Below are positions 56,334 to 64,000 of a stretch of 64,000 nt of DNA, piece by piece. Within the stretch, counting starts at the first letter, position 1; each line of letters opens with the position of its first letter. This stretch comes from Octopus vulgaris (lineage: Eukaryota), in assembly GCA_951406725.2 (NCBI GenBank), contig OX597829.1, positions 55,304,001-55,368,000 on the forward strand, in the 5' to 3' direction. The notes below the pieces were generated by a model. That model was not told where the DNA came from, searched no databases, and was given only the letters and a program-made list of their open reading frames with translations. The position numbers and the translations under genes are program-made.

Positions 56334-56566
56334 TATTTCTTTATTACCCACAAGGGGCTAAACACAGAGCGGACAAACAAAGACAGACATAGGTATTAAG
56401 TCGATTACATCGACCCCAGTGCGTAACTGGTACTTAATTTATCGACCCCGAAAGGATGAAAGGCAAAGTCGACCTCGGCGGAATTTGAACTCACAACGTA
56501 ACGCAGACGAAATACCGCTAAGCATTTCGCCCGGCGTGCTAACGTTTCTGCCAGCTCGCCGCCTTA
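56334..56566 (-). mobile_element. Full-length, young-looking family-A SINE
   Basis: Minus strand AAGGCGGCGAGCTGGCAGAAACGTTAGCACG...TGGGTAATAAAGAAATA; collinear with 40157-40391. Confidence 0.92.
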
Positions 56567-56577
56567 AAAGAAAGTGT

Positions 56578-56649
56578 TTCCCAAGCGGAGAATCGAACCC
56601 CGACCGCCGCGGTGAGAGCGCGGAATCCTAACCACTAGACCACTTGGGA
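56578..56649 (-). tRNA. tRNA-Glu(CTC): tRNA-Glu (anticodon CTC)
   Basis: TCCCAAG TGGTCTAGTGGTTAGGATT CCGCG CT CTC AC CGCGG CGGT CGGGG TTCGATT CTCCG CTTGGGA A; 72 nt; acceptor, anticodon and T stems pair fully; canonical eukaryotic Glu-CTC layout. Confidence 0.95.
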
Positions 56650-56797
56650 AGATTAGAGTAGTAGAAATACAAAAACAACAACAGCAGCAGCAATTGTAGT
56701 AGTAATAGTTGTAGTAGTAGCAGCACCTCCTTAACCCCCGATTTATTTATTTATTTACTCAAGAAATCCTCATCCCCATCATCATTTTCACCATCAC

Positions 56798-56875
<78 letters not shown>
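56798..56875. repeat. (TTA)n microsatellite at the 3' end of the Dong-like LINE
   Basis: Direct inspection. Confidence 0.95.
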
Positions 56876-59560
56876 CATTCAGTAGTTTTATTTTTATAGC
56901 GTGCTTTCACTTCACTACCGAGCGCAGCTCTGTGTGCCTTGGGTATGTGCTGTGGTTTGCTGTGATGCTCTGATGGTTACTGTATTGAAAGTGTTCTGCG
57001 TAGGATGTGTACAGTGCCCAGTAGTGCTATTTTCTGTATGATATATATATTTGTAAGTCCTGGTGTTTTTGTTATGTATTTGAATAAATATTTTTATCAT
57101 GCCTAATGCGCCTACTATGGTAGGAATTGTTTCTGTTTTTAGACTCCACATTCGAGTTACCTCTATTTCCAGTCCTTTGTATTTTGATAGTTTCTCCATT
57201 TCTTTTAGAGACACGTTGTCATTTGATGGTATTGACACATCAGTCAGAAAGCATTTTTTTCTTGATGGTCTCTGACAACTATATCCGGCTTTTTGGCCTT
57301 AATTTCTCTGTGTGTATTTGGCATATTCCATAGTATTGTTGCTTTCTCTCTGACTTTTTCTGGTGTGTTCCTATACCATCTTTTTTCTGTTGTTATTCCA
57401 TAATGTTGGCATGGCTTCCAGTGTATGTAGGTCCCAACTCTGTCGTGTCTGTGAATATATTCCTTCTTAGCCAGGAGTGGGCAGCCAGAGATAATATGAT
57501 TTATTGTTTCTTGTCCATCTCCACATTTTCTGCAGTTACTTGTTATGTTTTTTTTTCATTATATGTTTTGGTAATTTCTGGTGGGGAGGCTTTGATCTTG
57601 TGCAGCAATTAAAAATCCTTCAGTCTCTGCTTTGAGTCCTGAGCTTCTCAGCCATTGTTGGGATTTTACTTTGTCTATTTCTTTTGCATTTAGTTTAGTC
57701 CAGTATTTACCATGAAGGGGCTTTTCTTGCCATCGTTTTATCTTGATCCGTTGCTGTTCCAGTCTTAGTTTGGATTTTAGTTGTTTTACAACTTTTGTTG
57801 TTCTTTTTCTTCATAGTTGTTAGGTACTATGACTTCTGTTTTTTGTATTTGTCAGCTTCCTTAAAGACTGACAATAGTTTTTTGCTTAATTCGTGTTTTG
57901 TGGCTATTTATTTGTATTAGTTTTCCTTGCTTCTGAAGTAGGTATTTTTCTTTTAGTTTTATGGTGGTTATTTTGTAATAGTTTTCTAGCTGCATAAGGC
58001 CTCTACCACCTTCCATACGTTGTATTTATAACCTTTCTATGTCAGATTTTGGGTGGTGCATCTTAAATCCTGTCATTATTTTTCTTGTTTCCGTGTCTAT
58101 TTTGATATTCCTGTCTAGTGTCCAGTTAAGGATATTGTAGCTGTAACTTATAACTGTGACAGCTAGAGTGTTGATAGCTATTATTTATTTTTCACATTAA
58201 GCTCTGTTTTTAGTATCAATCTAACTCGTCTATAGTATTCTTTTCTTATCTTCTCTTTCATTTGTGTGTGTTGCATCGTATCTAGTTCATTGATTCCTAA
58301 GTATTTGTACATCTAGCTTTGGTTCAATTTTCTTATTTCATTTCATTTGCTTTGTCTGTTGCGGTGTTGCTACTCTTAACTAGTTTCCCTCTGTACACTT
58401 GTAGATTCCTGTATTAACCACAACGGAGGAGTGTACAATATAGACTTCATCAGAATACAACGACTATTGCTTGTCTGCATTTATTTGTGATGGAGTAGAG
58501 TGTTTGGAGCCAGTGATGCCATTGTTATTGCTGCTATTTCTGTATGCATATGTTCCTTATGTTTGTCCGAGTTCTAATTGATGGATAAAGTTTTTAAGAT
58601 GTTGTAGCTGGGCGCTGGATTGTTTCATATGTGGCTAAGTGTTTGGAAGTGGTTTTGCATTTAGCGACTGAAACCAGCAGAAGAAGAATTCAAGCTCGCT
58701 GAAGCAACAACCTGTGTCCCTAGTACCAAGGTAAATTTTCATTTTTAGTATTTTTAAGATCATCACAATCCTCTGCAAATGGTAGACACCACAGTCTCCA
58801 GTTCTGAGCCAAGCAGAATGTTTCTCAAAATATTCATCTTACAAACAGATGTTGGGTTCTCATTACGTCTAAAAGTAGTGAGAGCGGGTCTAGCTGATAC
58901 TTTTAGTAGTTCGGGTCGGTGTGTAGATGTTCTCTGCTATTAAGGTTCATGGTAAAAATTTTAACCATCTTATCCTTGACTTTCTAATTTTCCATTCCAC
59001 GAATTCGTCTTTTTTTATGATATGGTGGTAATCGAAAGAAGAGAAATCTATGTGTAGACGTTTTTATAATTATTGATGTGAGTATCGTTATTGTTGTTTA
59101 GGAAATGTGCAACTTCAAGATGGTTGTAGGAGATGTACTTGCAATATTTAACAATTCTCTCCCAGTTTTGTTGATTGTTTATAATTTGTAGGTTTGGTGT
59201 TATTACCTGATCCTGATACATTGATTGGTAGTAACGTTGCAATTAATTTTATTGTTCTTGTCTATGTTATTTATTGGCAGCGCTTCTGTGTTCTGCTCTC
59301 TGCTGCCGTACGCACTTTGCGCTGTCTTTAAAGCAAAGTGGCTCGAAATGATATTATTCCACTGTGAGTCCCAAACGAGCTTTTTAGAGACTCATAAAAC
59401 TGTTCAGCTTCAGTTGGTGATGCTGTTAACGCCAATGCTTGCGCTGATCGGGGCACATCAGCTACAGTTACTTCTACTTCTATTGCTACTATTGTTGACA
59501 TTCAGAAGCATTCCAACCGTGACCACTACATCTCTTGATCGATAATGCAGAATTACATTA
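56876..59560 (-). mobile_element. Decayed R4/Dong-clade LINE
   Basis: Minus translations YKYLGINELD, RMEGGRGL, RWQEKPLHGKYW, RPDIVVRD...VSIP and KLSKY...IVGALG in 56990-58310; the upstream extent beyond ~58400 is uncertain. Confidence 0.85.
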
Positions 59561-60184
59561 AAATGAGAGTGTATGATATTACGGAGGTTTGGTTACTATT
59601 TCTAGCAGGTTGAGTGATCGTGTCAAGGCCATCTTTCGTCGTTGCTCACAGTATTAGCAGTGGCATTGTAGTCGTTGGTGATAGTGGTCATGCCGTTGTC
59701 ACCCCTCTTGCAGTTATTGGAGTTGACCGTGTTAAGGGTGGCGATGTTGCGGCTTCGACTGCAACACGACGGACAGGGGTGTTCTTGTCACTTCTGTTGT
59801 AGTCGTCTTCGCCGCCGCCGCCGCCGCCGCAGTTTCCGGTAAATGGTGCTGCTGCTGGTGTAACCGGTTGTGCTGGTTGTGTTATCGTTGCATTGTGTAG
59901 CCCTAGGCTTGCTCTGATCGAGATGACCCACGACGCATAAATTCTTACCCCCCCTCCACACACACAAATTAAATATAGATATTCTATTGACAATCAACTA
60001 ATCTATTTATATTACAATATTACATTAAATACTATGAATATAATATATAACATAATATTTTATAACATAAATAATTATAAAAACCATAAAAGGCCAAGAA
60101 ATTGTTTCGGCTTTTATATATTTATTCACAAATTCTGGAGATAAAGTCAACAAGAACAGACTGCGATAAAACTTTTGTACTTTT

Positions 60185-60340
60185 TCTTTCTTTTATGCTT
60201 TATTTTACATGTTTCAGTCATTGAACTGCGACCGTCGAGCAATTCGACCATAGAACTTATTCTGTCGGTCCTTTTTGCTGAACCGCTAAGTTATGGAAGC
60301 ATAAACAAACTAACACTGGTTGCCAAGCGGTGGTCCGACA
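60185..60340 (-). mobile_element. Family-B SINE 3' fragment followed by (CA/CG)n
   Basis: tgtttcagtcattgaactgcg...gaaccgctaagttatgg...ggttgccaagcggtgg. Confidence 0.75.
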
Positions 60341-60826
60341 CACGCACGCACACACACACACACGCACACACACACACACACACGCACACACGCACACGCA
60401 CACACACACACGCACACATACGCACACACACGCACGCACACACACACACACACACGCACGCACACGTACACACATACACACACGCACGCACGCACACGTA
60501 CGCACATGCCGGGGTGTTCATGCTCTTATAGTTGGTGGTGTGCATCCCAGCGCATCGGCTTGAAGCCGTTTTGCAGGTTTTGCGTAGGTTCGTTTCATAT
60601 ATTCGCGCGCTGACGGATAGCGTGCGTTAGTGTAAGATGTCGTCGTAGCGTTTTGGGACGTTGTCTATGACGCCAGCACGTTCGAAGCTGTTCTTCCTCT
60701 GACACTGGCATTTTTGTCTTCAGCGTGTCTGGAACATGCTGGGGGGTATTTAAAAAAAATCTTTGATCTTTTATCTTATATCTTTTACTTGTTTCAGTCA
60801 TTAGACTGCGGTAGTGCGGGACAAAA

Positions 60827-60868
<42 letters not shown>

Positions 60869-60877
60869 GCACGCACG

Positions 60878-61243
60878 TGACACTCCGTCCGTTACGACGA
60901 TGAGGTTTTCAGTTGATCCGATCAACGGAACAGCTTGCTCGTGAAATTAACCTGCAAGTGGCTGAGCATTCCGCAGACACATGTACCCTTAACGTAGTTC
61001 TTGGGGGGAGATTCAGTGTAATACAGAGTGTGACAAGGCTGGCCCTTTGAAATACAGGTGGAACAGAAACAGGAAGAAAGAGTGATAGAAAGTTGGGGCG
61101 AAAGACTACAGCAGGGATCACCACCATCCCCGCCGGAGCCTCGTGGAGCTTTAGGTGTTTTCGCTCAATAAACACTCACAACGCCAAGTCTGGGAATCGA
61201 AACTGCGATCCTGCGAGTCTACTCCCTAACCACTGGGCCTCCA
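60878..61243 (-). mobile_element. Family-D tRNA-headed SINE, tail type 1
   Basis: Minus head GGCCCAGTGGTTAGGG...GTTTCGATTCCCAGAC; body shared with 61894-62075. Confidence 0.8.
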
Positions 61244-61510
61244 CTACACACGCACACACACACACAAGGGGATTCATGACCGACCGGACTTCCTAGAGTA
61301 TACCAAACACCGTATAATCTACACAACGCACGATTTGGAGCAGTCCCTGGGTGTTAAATACTGGTAGTGGTGGATTTTCTTTGCACAGCCTAAACATCTC
61401 ACTGGATTACTTCAGCACCCAGTATATTGATTCGACTAAAGGTGGTACTTGCTGCTTAAATCAACCCAACCGGGTGCATGTCATTTAAGTACCCGATTCT
61501 CTCCAGAATC

Positions 61511-61544
<34 letters not shown>

Positions 61545-61893
61545 CATATGACAAATGCAAAAACTAATTTTTGTGTGTCAGTGTGTCACACTTAAACCCC
61601 ACTGTCTCACTATTCAATGACACTCCTACTATTCCTTATGATGGGGTAAGAGTAATAGAAGGCATAGAGGTGGTGACGGCGGTAGCGAAGACAAAGAGGG
61701 AGGGGGGAAGAAAGAAAGAAAAAGAGAGGGAGAGGAAGAGAGACAAAAAATTTAGGGAGAGTTGATGATGTTTTATTAAAGGTAGTAGTGTTGATGGTGG
61801 CAGTGGGAGTAATAATAAGAAAGAGAAAGAAAGAATAGATATGTGAGAGGAAGAGGGAGATAACAGAAATTCCTGTCGCCAACATGCTGAGCA

Positions 61894-62170
61894 TGGAGGC
61901 GTAATGGCCCAGTAGTTAGGGCAGTGGACTCGCGGTTTCGATTCCCAGATCGGGCGTTTTGTGTATTTATCGAGTGAAAACACCTAAAAGCTCCACGAAG
62001 CTCCGGCGGGAGTGGGGGGGCGACCCCTGTTATACTCTTTCACCACAACTTTCTCTCACTTTCTCTTCCTGTTTCTTGAGTAACGCTGTGATGGACTGGG
62101 TGAGGGGAAGACATACGCCACAGAAACCGGGAAACCGGGCCCATGAGCCTGGCTAGGCTTGAAAAAGGCA
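61894..62170 (+). mobile_element. Family-D tRNA-headed SINE, tail type 2
   Basis: tggcccagtagttagggcagtggactcgcggtttcgattcccaga head; tail gccacagaaaccgggaaaccgggcccatgagcc. Confidence 0.8.
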
Positions 62171-62319
62171 AAAGAAAACAAAAAAACATGCTGAGCACTA
62201 TCATGTTTGTTTTATTTTTTGCTTTCTTTAATACATATATACAAACACATACACACATATTATATAAAATACATTTTAATTGAAATAAAGTTTCCCCAAA
62301 ATTAAACATATCTAACATA

Positions 62320-62530
62320 CTTTTCTACTCTAGGCACAAGGCCCGAAATTTTGGGGGAAGGGCCCAGTCGATTAGATCGACCCCAGTACGCAACTAGTAC
62401 TTAATTTATCGACCCCAAAAAGACAAAAGGCAAAGTCAACATCGGCGGAATTCGAACTCAAAACCTAATCGTGGACGAAATACTGCTAAGCATTTCGCCC
62501 GGTGAGCTAACGATTCTGCCAGCTCGTCGT
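62320..62530 (-). mobile_element. Family-A SINE
   Basis: tcgaccccagtacgcaactagtacttaatttatcgacccc...ctaagcatttcgcccgg...ctgccagctcgtcg. Confidence 0.85.
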
Positions 62531-63024
62531 ATACAATGTAATAATATAATATTATATAATAAATATGAATGTCAGTGTGTCAGTGTGTCACACTTTTTCA
62601 ATTTTACTCCTAGAGGCCGTAGCCCAACATACTATACCATTTTGGAATCAGGCTGACTCCATGAGTATATTAAAACATTCCGGGCTGAATCCGGACCCAC
62701 AATCGTGGGTGACTTTTTGTAACAAGTTTTTTAGTACAATAACAATTTTTATAATTTAAAGGCTAACTCCGTGAGTAAATTAAAAACATTCCGGGTCGTA
62801 TCTGGATCTGCAATCCTGAAATTTTGGATTCCTATCTTTTCATTTCTGCGATTGGTTTTTGCGATATTTTTTTACATGATTTTTTTGCAACGAATATTAT
62901 CATCATTGGGATATGACTCTGGAGGAAGCAACAACAACAAATTCTATAAAGCAAGTCAGAGATCTGTTTGCAGATCTTCCCATTCAGGGTCAGTTGCTTA
63001 AAAGTTATAGTCCCTTTTTATCTT

Positions 63025-63405
63025 TTTTCTCTTTATCTTGTCCCAGTCACTGGGTTGCGGCCATGTTGGGGCATTGCATTGAGTGGTTTAGTCGAATAAA
63101 TCAATCTCAGTACTTATTTTCAAAATCTGGTACTTTTTCTGTTGGTCTGTTTTGCCGATCGCTAAATTTGGGAGAGGAGATCAAACCAACACCGGTTGTC
63201 AAGCGGTGGTGATACGCACATACATAGGCACGCACGCATGCGCGCGCACACACACAACTTCCGTCTACCAAATCCACTCACAAGGAATTGGCCGACCCAG
63301 GGCTAAATCAGAAGACACTTGCTCAAAGTGCATCGCAGTGGGACTGTTACCCAAATCCACGTTTTTTTTGCTAAGCGGGTTTCCGAACCACAGTCATACC
63401 TGCGT
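63025..63405 (-). mobile_element. Decayed family-B SINE
   Basis: gcggccatgttggggc...accggttgtcaagcggtgg...gaagacacttgctcaa. Confidence 0.8.
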
Positions 63406-63554
63406 TTGTATGATGACCAGTATGGGACCGGAATCTTTTGCTGATGTCGATGGAAGCTGGAATGTTGTGTGTAGGAGCTTTTTGTGGCTAAAAAACACTC
63501 ACTGTACTTTCTAGAAGTGTATGCATCTAAGAATTACCTTAAGTGGTTCATTAA

Positions 63555-63862
63555 CCCCTTACCCGGCAGAAACGAATATATGCGTTTTGACCGAAATCGT
63601 TTTTTTCTATCTCTGGCGAGTTAACTCGTCAAAAGATAGACTCGCCAAAATCGACTGCAAACGAGTTCCTTCGTCTAAAAACGGGTTAACTCGTTTCTGC
63701 CCAAAGCGGTAATTTTAAATCAATATTATTGAATTAAAATTCATAATAAATAAGGTTTGAAATATACCTCGAAATCACCATTCAAAACATAGTAAAATAA
63801 AACAATTAAAAAATATGTCTGAAAAAATACATTTATTTTCAAAATAATTGTTGGGTAAGGGG
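63555..63862. mobile_element. piggyBac-type MITE (308 bp)
   Basis: TTAA TSD at 63551-63554 and 63863-63866; perfect 10-bp TIR CCCCTTACCC/GGGTAAGGGG; internal repeated aaacgagtt/aactcg motifs. Confidence 0.8.
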
Positions 63863-64000
63863 TTAACGTACATTAATATAAATCAATGATGGTGTGTGTG
63901 TCGAAGTGAACACCGTCGACGCGGGCAATTATTGAGTAGATTGGGACAAGAAGAGACCAACCGCATTTGGTAATCCTTTACCAACCAAACTTGATGGAGC

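Overview
AT-rich, repeat-saturated animal DNA with no recognisable host protein-coding exon, so it is intergenic or deep intronic. The SINE types and microsatellite density suggest a coleoid cephalopod, probably Octopus (inference). Contents: a ~7.3-kb (TATG)n array plus three smaller ones; at least four tRNA-headed SINE families (labelled A-D here); decayed Tx1/L1-type and R4/Dong-type LINEs; a Tc1-type transposon interrupted by a nested insertion; a piggyBac-type MITE; and one intact tRNA-Glu(CTC). All long ORFs in the track are microsatellite artefacts. Most notable: (1) the tRNA-Glu, its leader/trailer and a downstream SINE share one 16-bp target-site duplication, suggesting a pre-tRNA/SINE read-through RNA retroposed as one unit; (2) several unrelated non-coding elements with Penelope-like architecture carry minimal hammerhead ribozyme motifs (one fully intact at 423-485), including a family that joins a Pol III tRNA head to a hammerhead tail. 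Boundaries of decayed elements are approximate and were read by eye.
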